56,636 bases of DNA from contig JBBABQ010000001.1 of the NCBI GenBank assembly GCA_041657565.1, positions 1 to 56,636 on the forward strand, read 5' to 3'. This document shows, in pieces, positions 42,216 through 51,043 of the stretch. The notes under the pieces were generated by a model, which searched no databases, was not told where the DNA came from, and saw only the letters and a program-made list of their open reading frames with translations. The first letter of the stretch is position 1. Every line of letters starts with the position of its first letter. Both the position numbers and the translations under genes were made by a program. This DNA is from Minisyncoccota bacterium (lineage in GTDB: Bacteria > Patescibacteriota > Minisyncoccia > Minisyncoccales > JAQTVQ01).

Positions 42216-42435
42216 CAACCCTGCCGGACAGGTGCTCCTTTATCCGATGGCAGGGCCCCTTAAATGGATCGGTTTTGCTTTATTGAGGGGATAGGCCAGA
42301 CGGGAGAGCGGCGGATTTTTACAAAAAGCGTTGATTGGGCTAAAATTAAAAAGCGGCTCCATTGGGAGGCTTTGTCGTTTGGGCTTCCGTTCAAATCCGC
42401 TTTAATATGCCAGTATAAAGATAATAGCTAAAATT

Positions 42436-43647
42436 ATGGACAAGAAAGAGAAAATAAAAGAGATATTGACCAGGGGAGTGGAGCAGATCGTTGACAGAGA
42501 CCATCTGGAGCAAATGCTGCTGGCCGGAGAGCCTATAAATGTTAAACATGGCGTCGACCCTACGGGTCCGCGGATACACCTTGGCCGTGCCGCCCAACTT
42601 CTTAAACTCAGGGATTTTCAGGACATGGGGCACAAGGTCACCCTGATCATCGGGGATTTTACCGCCCAGATCGGCGACGCTTCAGATAAAACCGCGATGA
42701 GACAGCCTATCTCCGAAGAGAAGATCAGGGAGAACATGGTTGATTATTTGCCGCAGATAGGAAGGGTTTTGGACCTGGAGAAGACAAAAATATACTATAA
42801 TAGCGAGTGGCTGAGCCGTTTAACGGTGAAAAACCTGTTTTTGATCGCTCAAAATTTTACGGCCCAGCAGATGATCCAAAGGAGGAATTTTAAAGAGAGG
42901 TGGGAGCAAGAAAAGCCGATAGGATTTCATGAGCTTCTTTACCCGATGTTCCAGGGATATGATTCCGTGGCGATCAGGTCCGATCTTGAGATCGGAGGGT
43001 ACGACCAGCTTTTCAACCTCCAGACAGGCAGGACCGTCCAGAAATTTTTTGGCCAAAAACCCCAGGATATCATGACCTTGAAAATGATCTATGGTCTGGA
43101 CGGCAGGAAGATGTCGACCAGCTGGGGGAACGTTATCAACATAGCCGATGACGCCCAACAGATGTACGGGCTGGTAATGTCTATGCGCGATGAGCAAATG
43201 TTCGATTATTTCGAGCTTTGCACTCGCGTTCCGATGGAAAAAATTTCAGAGATGAAAAAGGATTACGACGGCGGGAAGGCGAACCCTCGGGATATTAAAA
43301 AAGAATTAGCGAAAGAAATAGTGTCCGTCTTCCACGGGAAAGAGGACGCTGTCTGCGCGGGAAAAGAGTTCGAAAATATTTTTAAGGACAAGGGGCTTCC
43401 TTCCGAGATACCCCAAGAAGAGATAGAGGAAGAGGAGATGGGGATATTGGATCTTCTTGTCTCTTTGAAGCTTGCCGGTTCAAAGTCGGACGCCAAACGG
43501 CTGGTCTCTCAAAAAGGAGTGAAGATGGGGTTTGGAGAGGGAGAATTGAAGGTCAAAGACGACTGGCAGGCGAAGATAAAAGCGGAAGAGGGCCTGATCG
43601 TCCAAGTTGGCAAAAGGAAGTTCGCCAAGATCAAAAAAAAGAACTAG
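42436..43647 (+). CDS. tyrS: Tyrosyl-tRNA synthetase
   Basis: The HIGH-like motif is GPRIHLGRA and the KMSKS-like motif is GRKMSTSWGN. The C-terminal S4-like domain has SKSDAKRLVSQKGVKM. Confidence 0.9.
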   Translation: MDKKEKIKEILTRGVEQIVDRDHLEQMLLAGEPINVKHGVDPTGPRIHLGRAAQLLKLRDFQDMGHKVTLIIGDFTAQIGDASDKTAMRQPISEEKIRENMVDYLPQIGRVLDLEKTKIYYNSEWLSRLTVKNLFLIAQNFTAQQMIQRRNFKERWEQEKPIGFHELLYPMFQGYDSVAIRSDLEIGGYDQLFNLQTGRTVQKFFGQKPQDIMTLKMIYGLDGRKMSTSWGNVINIADDAQQMYGLVMSMRDEQMFDYFELCTRVPMEKISEMKKDYDGGKANPRDIKKELAKEIVSVFHGKEDAVCAGKEFENIFKDKGLPSEIPQEEIEEEEMGILDLLVSLKLAGSKSDAKRLVSQKGVKMGFGEGELKVKDDWQAKIKAEEGLIVQVGKRKFAKIKKKN

Positions 43648-44144
43648 TTTTTTAAAAGCTTTAAGGAATCGCAGCCGCAGATCGCAGCCGCCAAAGCGTC
43701 CGCCGCGTCGTCGGGTTTTGGCAGCTCTTTCAATCTCAAAAGGATTTGGACCATTTTTTGTACTTGGAGCTTTTCCGCCCGGCCATAACCGCAGACGCAT
43801 GTTTTTATTTGAAGCGGAGTGAATTCAAGGACTTGGACGCCTTTTTTTGCCGCTTCCAACAAAACAACACCGCGCGCTTGGCTGACGGGGAGCGCCGTTT
43901 TGAGGTTTTTGAAAAAAAAGAGGCTTTCAACGACGATGATCTTGGGCTCGTATTCCTCTATTATCTTTATCAGTTCGGAGCTTATCTGCGCCAGTCTTTG
44001 GCCCATCTCTTTTTTGGGGCTGGTTTTGATCACGCCGTAATCGACACAGGATTGGATCTTTCCTTTCCCGGTTTTTTTGATGTTGTTCTCAACAACGCCG
44101 TATCCGGTGGTGGCTGTGCCTGGATCGATCCCAAGAACTATCAT
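43644..44144 (-). CDS. ruvC: Holliday junction resolvase RuvC
   Basis: Starts MIVLGIDPGTATTGYGVVE. Its stop shares the palindrome CTAG with the tyrS stop. Confidence 0.9.
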   Translation of the reverse strand: MIVLGIDPGTATTGYGVVENNIKKTGKGKIQSCVDYGVIKTSPKKEMGQRLAQISSELIKIIEEYEPKIIVVESLFFFKNLKTALPVSQARGVVLLEAAKKGVQVLEFTPLQIKTCVCGYGRAEKLQVQKMVQILLRLKELPKPDDAADALAAAICGCDSLKLLKN

Positions 44145-44151
44145 TTATATT

Positions 44152-44883
44152 TTAGAATTTTAGATTGGAGTAAGCTCTGGAGATGTCGTCGTTGGCTTCA
44201 AGGTCTTCCAAGAGTTTTTGGTTCGAGGCCATTGTTTTTTCGTCTGCACTTACCTCTTCTTTGGCAAACCATCCCAAAGAGGACTCTTCGGTCTTTATGC
44301 CTTTGGCTTCAACGCTTTTTTTGACCTGATCAAGCTCTTCCGCCCTAGTGAACACTTCCAAGATGTCTTCGTCCCAGCTGGTATTCTCTGCTCCGGACTC
44401 GATAATAGCCATCTCCAGATCGTCTTTGGATTGGTGCTCGGGGGATTGGGCTTTCATATCTACGACCATATACCCTTTGTGTTCGAACATCCAGCGGATC
44501 GCTCCTTCGTTGACGAGCTTTCCGTTATTTCTGTTCAAGGCTATCCTGGCTTCGCTTAACGCGCGGTTCTTGTTGTCGGTGATCCCTTCGGCGATTATTG
44601 CTATCCCGTTCGGGCCGTAAGCTTCGATCGAGAACTCTTCCAGCGTCGCGCCCGGCAGCTTGCCGGCGCCTCTTAAAATGGCGCGTTCAATGTTCTCGCG
44701 AGGCATATTGAACTCGTGGGCTCTGTCGATGGCCGATTTCAGTTTAGCGTTGGTTTCCGGATTGTCGCCGGTTTTGGCCGCGATAGAAACCTCTCTCGCC
44801 AATTTGGAAAAAACCGAGCTTCTTTGCGCGTCGGCTAAACCTTTTTTATGTTTTATACCTGCCCAGTGGGAATGACCGCTCAT
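44152..44883 (-). CDS. yebC: YebC/PmpR-family transcriptional regulator
   Basis: Starts MSGHSHWAGIKHKKGLADAQRSSVFSKLAREV. Confidence 0.9.
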   Translation of the reverse strand: MSGHSHWAGIKHKKGLADAQRSSVFSKLAREVSIAAKTGDNPETNAKLKSAIDRAHEFNMPRENIERAILRGAGKLPGATLEEFSIEAYGPNGIAIIAEGITDNKNRALSEARIALNRNNGKLVNEGAIRWMFEHKGYMVVDMKAQSPEHQSKDDLEMAIIESGAENTSWDEDILEVFTRAEELDQVKKSVEAKGIKTEESSLGWFAKEEVSADEKTMASNQKLLEDLEANDDISRAYSNLKF

Positions 44884-44936
44884 AGTGTTTGTTTGCCCGC
44901 CGTAGTCCCGCAGGCTTGCGGGACGGAGGAGGGCTT

Positions 44937-45692
44937 TTAGTTTCTTATTTGTTGTAGGCTCCTTTTTAAAAGTATAATAGTTGCTCCGCTAAAAATTGCA
45001 AGCCCGAAAGCGATCGTCCATGCTTTTGCCTTGATCGGTCCGGTTTTCCCTTTTTGCCCGTCCAGACTGGCCGAAAGGCTGGTTTTTTGGACTGATCCGT
45101 CTTTTTCTGTCCTTTCAAGGGAATTTGCCTCTTTTTGTTTTTTGGCCGCTCCCGTGCTGTTTTTTTCTCCCGGCGTCCCTCCGTCGGCCAGGCTTGTCTG
45201 CCAATTAACGGCCGTTTCGCCGCCTTTCCCGGGATCGATCCTTTCCATCGTCTGTTTCGTTTTGTTGTTTCCTCCGAACCAGCCGCCGGAACAATCTACT
45301 TTTTCCGCCAAAGAACCGTCCTTGCGATATAAGCTCAGTTCGGCCCCATTATTGTTCAGAGACCCTTTAAATATCTGATCTGCCTTAACCAATGGCAGGG
45401 CGTTGTCGTCGGTCCTTTCTAAAATATAAAAACCCTTTGCAGGGATGGCGCCTTCGAGCTGTATGGTCAAAGAACCTTTGGCCTTGAGGCTCCAGCCGTT
45501 TAAGTTTATACCATAATCGGCGTTATTGTAAAGCTCCAGCCATTCATCGGTTGCCGAATTTTGCGTTCCCATCCAAGATATTTCGCTTACCACCACAGAG
45601 AGGCCGTCCTCCGGGGCCGAAAGGGCGGGAAAGCCGGGCAAGAGCCAAGCGAGGGATATCAGAGCAAATAAAATTGTTGGTCTTGCTGCCAT
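44937..45692 (-). CDS. Lamin-tail-domain (LTD) protein with signal peptide and C-terminal TM anchor
   Basis: Contains VVVSEISWMGTQNSATDEWLELYNNADYGINLNGWSL. The C-terminus is WTIAFGLAIFSGATIILL. The start overlaps the ruvB 3' end by 34 nt. Confidence 0.7.
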   Translation of the reverse strand: MAARPTILFALISLAWLLPGFPALSAPEDGLSVVVSEISWMGTQNSATDEWLELYNNADYGINLNGWSLKAKGSLTIQLEGAIPAKGFYILERTDDNALPLVKADQIFKGSLNNNGAELSLYRKDGSLAEKVDCSGGWFGGNNKTKQTMERIDPGKGGETAVNWQTSLADGGTPGEKNSTGAAKKQKEANSLERTEKDGSVQKTSLSASLDGQKGKTGPIKAKAWTIAFGLAIFSGATIILLKRSLQQIRN

Positions 45693-46675
45693 TTGATGTT
45701 CAAATGCTCGTAAGCCGTTTTTGTGGCGACCCTGCCCTGAGTTGTCCTCTCGACCAGGCCAAGCTGCATAAGGTAAGGTTCGTACAGATTAAGGATGGTA
45801 TCTTCCTCTTCCGCTGAAGCGGCGGCCAAAGATTTCAACCCCACCGGCCCGCCTTGGAACTTGTTTATAAGTATCCCCAGCAGCCGCCGGTCGGACGGCC
45901 CAAGGCCCAGCTTGTCTATCTCGAGGAACCCTAAAGATTCTTGGACTATATCTTTAGTAATGATCCCTCTGCCTTCCACTTGGGCGAAATCCCTTACTCT
46001 TTTTAAAAGATTGTTTGCGATGCGCGGAGTGAAGCGGGAGCTGCGGGCCAGGATATTCAGAGCGCTTGGTTCGATCTTGACCCCGAGGATATCGGCTGAC
46101 CTTTGCAGTATTTTTTCCAGTTCGGCGTCTTCATAAAAATTAAGCTGGAAAACTCCTCCGAATCTGCTGCGCAGGGGAGGGGAAACCAAACCGACGCGCG
46201 TGGTGGCCCCTATAAGAGTGAAATGAGGGAGATTAAGTTCCAGCGTCCTGGCCATCGGGCCCTTCCCAAGCACTATGTTCAGGCGGAAGTCTTCTATCGC
46301 GGGATAGAGATATTCTTCTATCGTTTTGCAAACCCTGTGGATCTCGTCGATAAAAAGAACGTCTCCTTCCGAAAGGCTGGTCAAAAGCGCGGCCAGGTCT
46401 CCGGTTTTCTCGATCGCCGGCCCGGAAGTGATCTTTATGTTGGAATTTAATTCTCTGGCAATAAGATAGGCCAGGCTTGTTTTTCCCAGCCCCGCGTTGC
46501 CGTAAAAAAGGAGATGGTCGGGAGCTTCTTTCCTTTCTTTGGCCGCATCGATCATCACCTTAACGTTCTTTTTTATCTTTTCTTGTCCGATGTATTCGCC
46601 CCAAGACTGAGGCCTCAAAGTGGAGTCTATCTTTTCGTCCGGCTCTTCAATTGTTATATCTCTCTTGACAGACAT
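45659..46675 (-). CDS. ruvB: Holliday junction branch-migration ATPase RuvB
   Basis: 338 aa, with LRPQSWGEYIGQEK, Walker A GNAGLGKTSLA and DEIHR. Confidence 0.95.
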   Translation of the reverse strand: MSVKRDITIEEPDEKIDSTLRPQSWGEYIGQEKIKKNVKVMIDAAKERKEAPDHLLFYGNAGLGKTSLAYLIARELNSNIKITSGPAIEKTGDLAALLTSLSEGDVLFIDEIHRVCKTIEEYLYPAIEDFRLNIVLGKGPMARTLELNLPHFTLIGATTRVGLVSPPLRSRFGGVFQLNFYEDAELEKILQRSADILGVKIEPSALNILARSSRFTPRIANNLLKRVRDFAQVEGRGIITKDIVQESLGFLEIDKLGLGPSDRRLLGILINKFQGGPVGLKSLAAASAEEEDTILNLYEPYLMQLGLVERTTQGRVATKTAYEHLNIKWQQDQQFYLL

Positions 46676-46702
46676 TTTGGATTGTTTTATATTAGGTAGG
46701 TT

Positions 46703-46831
46703 AAAACAACTTCTCGACTGGGGGTAGGGATTTCTTCTGATTTGGACGACCTGGATCCGTCTGGGCCGCTCCTCAAAGAAATTCTACCTTAGTAAGCCTA
46801 TACTAAAGTCCCCCAGTCAAGGGGTTGTTTT
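46703..46831. repeat. 129-nt structured palindromic element between pilB and ruvB (possible ncRNA or terminator)
   Basis: The outer stems are aaaacaac (46703-46710) with gttgtttt (46824-46831), and gactggggg (46716-46724) with cccccagtc (46810-46818). The interior has further partial complementarity (gggatttctt with aagaaattct). Confidence 0.5.
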
Positions 46832-46898
46832 TTTATAGGCTTGTATCTTATATATACCCTTCAATTTTCTTTTGGGCAAAGAGGGCTCGCCGCATTTT

Positions 46899-48194
46899 TT
46901 AACCGACCGCTTTTTCGACTTCGTCTATAGTGGTGAGCCGTTCCAAAACTTTTAAGAATCCGTCGGTTTTCATCGGGACCATTCCTTTCTCCTTGGCTTT
47001 TTTGGCCAGATCGGAGATCGTCGGGTTTGTGGCTATAAAATTTTCTATGTCGCTGTCTCTGCGGAAGGCTTCGTATATGCCGATCCTCCCTTTATAGCCG
47101 GTAAAGTTGCAATGCTCGCAGCCCTTGGCATCGTAAACCACGAAGTTGCTTAAGCCGGAGTATCCTTTTAATAGGTCTGCCGGAGCATCAGCCAGGGCTT
47201 CTTGCATTTTTTTCTCTTCTTCCGGTGTTGCCGGGCGCGGCTGACCGCATTCCTTGCAGACCTTTCTGATCAATCGCTGGGCGATTATCAAATTGATCGC
47301 CGGCCCGATAGTGTAAGATTTGGCTCCCAGGCTGGTCAAGCGGGCGATAGTGCCGGCCGCGTCGTTGGTGTGCAGGGTGCTGAAAACCAAATGGCCCGTT
47401 AAGGCCGCTTGAAGAGCAATGTCGGTCGTTTCCAGGTCTCTGATCTCTCCGACCAGGATGACGTCCGGGTCTTGGCGGACGATGGATTTCAGTCCCGAGG
47501 CGAAATTATATCCCTTCTCCGGGGCCACTTGCGTCTGGGAGACGTCGTCCAGATGGTATTCGATAGGATCTTCAATGGTGATGATCTTTGTTTCCGGGCT
47601 GCGTATCTTTTTCAAAAAGGCGTAAAGAGTGGTTGTCTTTCCCGACCCGGTCGGACCGGTGACAATGATCATCCCATTTGGTTTTTCTATTTCCTTGCTG
47701 AATATTTCATACAGGTCCTTTCTCAGCCCCAAGTCTTCTATGTTGATCAGGCTTTTCGGGTTCAACACCCTGAGAACGGCCGTTTCCCCGTATTGGGTGG
47801 GGAGTGTCGAGGCCCTGATCTCTATTTTTTCATCGGGCATTTCTATTGAAAACCGTCCGTCTTGAGGTTTGTCCTCGACGTTTAATTTGACGCCCGACAA
47901 GAGTTTTATCCTTGATATCAAAGAGGCCTGTTTCGAAGGCTCAAAGATCAAAGCATCGTGCAAAGACCCGTCAAGCCTTACTCTCAACTTCGCCTGGCCC
48001 TCTTGAGCCTCAAGATGAAGGTCCGAACATCCGAGAATGACGGCTCCGGCCAGTATCGTTTTTAGAACGGTAGAGGTGTCTTCTCCCAAAGATGAGGATA
48101 CGGCTTCTTTCATCTGGGTCAGGCTTTTGACCCTGCCGGATAGATCGTCTAAAAAGTCTTTCTCGATTTGGATCTTTCCGCTGGCTTGTTGCAT
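46899..48194 (-). CDS. pilB: Type II/IV secretion ATPase (PilB/GspE family, short N-terminus)
   Basis: Walker A is GPTGSGKTTTLYA. The Asp box and His box are present. The tetracysteine motif is CKECGQ...CEHCNFTGYKGR. Confidence 0.85.
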   Translation of the reverse strand: MQQASGKIQIEKDFLDDLSGRVKSLTQMKEAVSSSLGEDTSTVLKTILAGAVILGCSDLHLEAQEGQAKLRVRLDGSLHDALIFEPSKQASLISRIKLLSGVKLNVEDKPQDGRFSIEMPDEKIEIRASTLPTQYGETAVLRVLNPKSLINIEDLGLRKDLYEIFSKEIEKPNGMIIVTGPTGSGKTTTLYAFLKKIRSPETKIITIEDPIEYHLDDVSQTQVAPEKGYNFASGLKSIVRQDPDVILVGEIRDLETTDIALQAALTGHLVFSTLHTNDAAGTIARLTSLGAKSYTIGPAINLIIAQRLIRKVCKECGQPRPATPEEEKKMQEALADAPADLLKGYSGLSNFVVYDAKGCEHCNFTGYKGRIGIYEAFRRDSDIENFIATNPTISDLAKKAKEKGMVPMKTDGFLKVLERLTTIDEVEKAVG

Positions 48195-48215
48195 GGGTTT
48201 TTGAGATCTATTATT

Positions 48216-49367
48216 TTATTTGTTAATAGCATTAAGTACTTCTTTTTGGGCTGTTGCCGGGTCCGAGCTTCCGGCCGGGAAAAGGGTGCCGTTGCCTTTA
48301 TTCTGGCCGTTAAATATCCGGCCGATCCTTTTTGCCGTCTCTTCGTTTTCAGAATAGAATATTCCCATTGTTTTTTTCTCCGCGTTTTCCGGACAGCTTT
48401 CCCACAGAAGCAAGAAAGACGGGGGATTGAAGCAGGACTTCAGCTTTTCGACGACAAACCCCAAGTCTTTTGAAGAGGCCTCGGCCAGGCAGAAATCTTT
48501 TGCCGTCAAGATAGAGCAGAAAATGTCGCAGCCGCAAGGTTCGAGCTTTTTCAGGGTCCTGTCCAGCAGCCTTTTTCCGGCCGGATTTGCCTCTCCGACG
48601 CCAAGGATCAGAGACAGGTCTCCGCCCCTTTTTATCGTCCAAGCAAAAAAAGGAAGCGCCTTCCGTCCGTTTTTTTTGCCGGCGGTTTTTAAAAGCGACC
48701 CGGCTCCATATAAGAGGGAGCTGGCGGCGTTGTCGTCAACAATATTCTGGTCGAGGTTTCTTAGAAAATAAGCGCAAACCTGGGACAAAGAGGAAAAATC
48801 CTTGAGGATGTTGAAATCGGCATATTTTTGGTTGAGAGGGCTATTGTCGATGTTGATCATTTTTATATCGAGGGGGATCCGGGCCGAGAGGAACTCCGAC
48901 CCTTTCTCGACATCTTGAAAGGCCGGCATCCCAAGAACTATCACCAGGTCCGGTTTTGGGAAATCGGGAGAAGGGAGCTCCGCCGCCTCATGGTCCGCGA
49001 TCGTTTTAAAGGATAGGTCGCTGGCGCTGATGTCGTCTTCTCTCGGTTTGAGATACAAATTGACCTCTCCTTCTTTCTTTTCGTAATAGATCTCGGATAT
49101 GTCTTTTTTAAGGGAGATCAAAAAAGTTTTTTTCGCCGGTTTTTTGAAGCGGTCCGCTATCTTCCGGGGAATTTCCGGGATGGTGGGGATGTTTACATTC
49201 TTGCCAATATTTTTTAAACTAAAAAACAGCGCTAAAGCCGCGCCGGTCGCATCCTGGCTTGGATCGTTCTGAGTCAATATAGTTATGTTCTCAGCACCGT
49301 AAACGGCCTTTTTGAGGCCTTTAAAATCTTCCATATTCTTCATCCAAAGTACTTTATTTTTTCGCAA
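48216..49367 (-). CDS. DHH/DHHA1 (NrnA-like) fold protein with substituted catalytic motifs
   Basis: 383 aa. It is collinear with NrnA-type phosphoesterases. Motif I reads NDPSQDATGA, motif II reads LVIVLGMPA, and DHH is replaced by DNS (48840-48848). Confidence 0.45.
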   Translation of the reverse strand: MRKNKVLWMKNMEDFKGLKKAVYGAENITILTQNDPSQDATGAALALFFSLKNIGKNVNIPTIPEIPRKIADRFKKPAKKTFLISLKKDISEIYYEKKEGEVNLYLKPREDDISASDLSFKTIADHEAAELPSPDFPKPDLVIVLGMPAFQDVEKGSEFLSARIPLDIKMINIDNSPLNQKYADFNILKDFSSLSQVCAYFLRNLDQNIVDDNAASSLLYGAGSLLKTAGKKNGRKALPFFAWTIKRGGDLSLILGVGEANPAGKRLLDRTLKKLEPCGCDIFCSILTAKDFCLAEASSKDLGFVVEKLKSCFNPPSFLLLWESCPENAEKKTMGIFYSENEETAKRIGRIFNGQNKGNGTLFPAGSSDPATAQKEVLNAINK

Positions 49368-49398
49368 AAGTCAATTTGAAAAATGTTCGGCGTTGAAA

Positions 49399-49926
49399 AT
49401 GGAAATCAAGACATCGGGATATAAAAAAACCCAGGATCTGGGCAAGATCTTTGCCCAGGAAGTCCTAAGAAAGGGCCCTCAAAAAGGCGCCGTTGTTTTG
49501 GCTTTGGAAGGAGACCTGGGGGGAGGCAAAACCACCTTCGCCCAAGGTTTTGCCAAAGGATTGGGCATTAAAGAAAAAGTGGCCAGCCCGACCTTCGTCA
49601 TTTTTAAAAAATTCAAAATAAGGAACGGCCGCCTCCATGGATCGCCAAAATCTTCGTTTTTTGAAAATTTTTATCATTTTGACTGTTATCGCCTCTCGGG
49701 AGAGAAAGACGCTTTAAGTTTGGGGTTTGAAGAGATCGTCTCGTCTCCAAAAAATATCGTGCTATTGGAGTGGGCTAAGAATATAGATAAGTCCGTTCCG
49801 CAAGAGGCCATTTGGCTGAAGTTCGATTTCGTGAGCAAGAACAAAAGAACGGTGATTTTGAGCGAGAACAAGGAGAGCAAGCGATGCAAAAAAGAAATGG
49901 AGAAAGAAATAATATCCGGCAACTAA
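49399..49926 (+). CDS. tsaE: tRNA t6A37 biosynthesis ATPase TsaE
   Basis: From ATG 49399 it contains GDLGGGKTTFAQGFAKGLGI...VASPTFVI. The upstream part of track ORF 49312 overlaps the antisense gene start. Confidence 0.8.
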   Translation: MEIKTSGYKKTQDLGKIFAQEVLRKGPQKGAVVLALEGDLGGGKTTFAQGFAKGLGIKEKVASPTFVIFKKFKIRNGRLHGSPKSSFFENFYHFDCYRLSGEKDALSLGFEEIVSSPKNIVLLEWAKNIDKSVPQEAIWLKFDFVSKNKRTVILSENKESKRCKKEMEKEIISGN

Positions 49927-49929
49927 TTT

Positions 49930-50028
49930 TTAATTAACCTAATTGTTCTAATTTCTAATCAAACCCCAATGACCCAATGCCTAAAATCGAAAACGGTTTG
50001 GGATTTAGAAATTAGGTAATTAGAAATT
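49930..50028. repeat. TTAGAAAT-family AT-rich imperfect inverted repeat
   Basis: The left arm is ttaattaacctaattgttctaatttctaatc and the right arm is atttagaaattaggtaattagaaatt. It starts 4 nt after the tsaE stop and ends 9 nt before ATG 50038. Confidence 0.45.
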
Positions 50029-50037
50029 CACACGGTT

Positions 50038-50997
50038 ATGGCCTCCAACGAGAATACATTGCTCATCATCGACGGGAACGCGATCGTCCATCGCGCTTAT
50101 CATGCCTTGCCGCCGCTAACCAATAAAAAAGGCCAGCAGCTCGGAGCGGTATACGGTTTTTTATTGGCTTTTTTCAAATCATTAAAAGATTTCGAACCCA
50201 AATACATTACGGCTTGTTTCGATTTCCCCGCCCCCACTTTCAGGAAGGAGATATTCAAGGATTACAAAGCTCAGCGGCCCAAAGCCGATCAGGAGCTTTA
50301 CGACCAGATCCCGCTCGTAAAGAAAACGCTGGAAGACCTTGGAGTGATGGTTTTGGAAGAGAGGGGGTTCGAGGCGGATGACCTTATCGGGACCGTTGCC
50401 AGCATGGCGTCAAAAGAGGGAGGCGGGATCGGGAACATGATCTTGAGCGGAGACAACGACGTCCTGCAATTGGTGGGTGAAAACACATCGGCCTGCATTT
50501 TAAGAAAGGGGGTAAAAGATGCGGCGATATTCGACCAAGGGTCGGTTTTTGAAAAATACGGCCTTCAGCCCGCCCAGCTTGTCGACTATAAAGCTTTGCG
50601 AGGAGACCCGACAGACAATATTTCCGGCGTAAAAGGTATCGGCCCGAAGACAGCCACAGAGCTTTTGCGGAATTTCCATTCCCTGGACCGGCTTTATGAA
50701 GAGCTGGAAAACGGATCTGCGGGATCCGGAAAAATAAGCGAGAAGATGAAGGAGATGCTTTTGTGCCAGAAAGAAAAATGCCTTACGAGCAAGATCTTGG
50801 CCAGGATAAAAACAGACGTCCCTGTCGAATTCAACTTGGCTCTTTGCAGATGGCAGGGGATAGACAAAGAAAGGACGGCTGTTATTTTGGAAAATTTCGA
50901 ATTTTTCAGCTTGGTCAAGCGCCTTCTCGGCCCGGAAGCCGGTGCGCCATCGACCAATCCACCTCCAGACTTTAAAAAAAATTTAAAATTATGGTAG
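50038..50997 (+). CDS. Stand-alone 5'-3' exonuclease (Pol I N-terminal/FEN-like domain)
   Basis: Contains LLIIDGNAIVHRAYHAL, SGDNDVLQLV and the H3TH motif GVKGIGPKTATELL. Confidence 0.85.
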   Translation: MASNENTLLIIDGNAIVHRAYHALPPLTNKKGQQLGAVYGFLLAFFKSLKDFEPKYITACFDFPAPTFRKEIFKDYKAQRPKADQELYDQIPLVKKTLEDLGVMVLEERGFEADDLIGTVASMASKEGGGIGNMILSGDNDVLQLVGENTSACILRKGVKDAAIFDQGSVFEKYGLQPAQLVDYKALRGDPTDNISGVKGIGPKTATELLRNFHSLDRLYEELENGSAGSGKISEKMKEMLLCQKEKCLTSKILARIKTDVPVEFNLALCRWQGIDKERTAVILENFEFFSLVKRLLGPEAGAPSTNPPPDFKKNLKLW

Positions 50998-51043
50998 AAT
51001 AGTAAAAGATTCATAAATTTTTTATTGTTGACGGGACGCCAAG

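Noticed and set aside
42216-42435. Possible T-box riboswitch or other leader RNA upstream of tyrS, in a 384-nt spacer.
   Set aside because: I could not find the conserved T-box sequence (GGTGGTACCGCG-like), a specifier-loop context, or a terminator/antiterminator pair. Only the repeat hairpin at 42111-42215 is evident. A covariance-model scan would be decisive.
43644-43647. Four-nt overlap of the convergent tyrS and ruvC stop codons at the palindrome CTAG.
   Set aside because: This is a real feature of the sequence but most simply a compaction artefact. No terminator structure or regulatory implication can be supported from the sequence alone.
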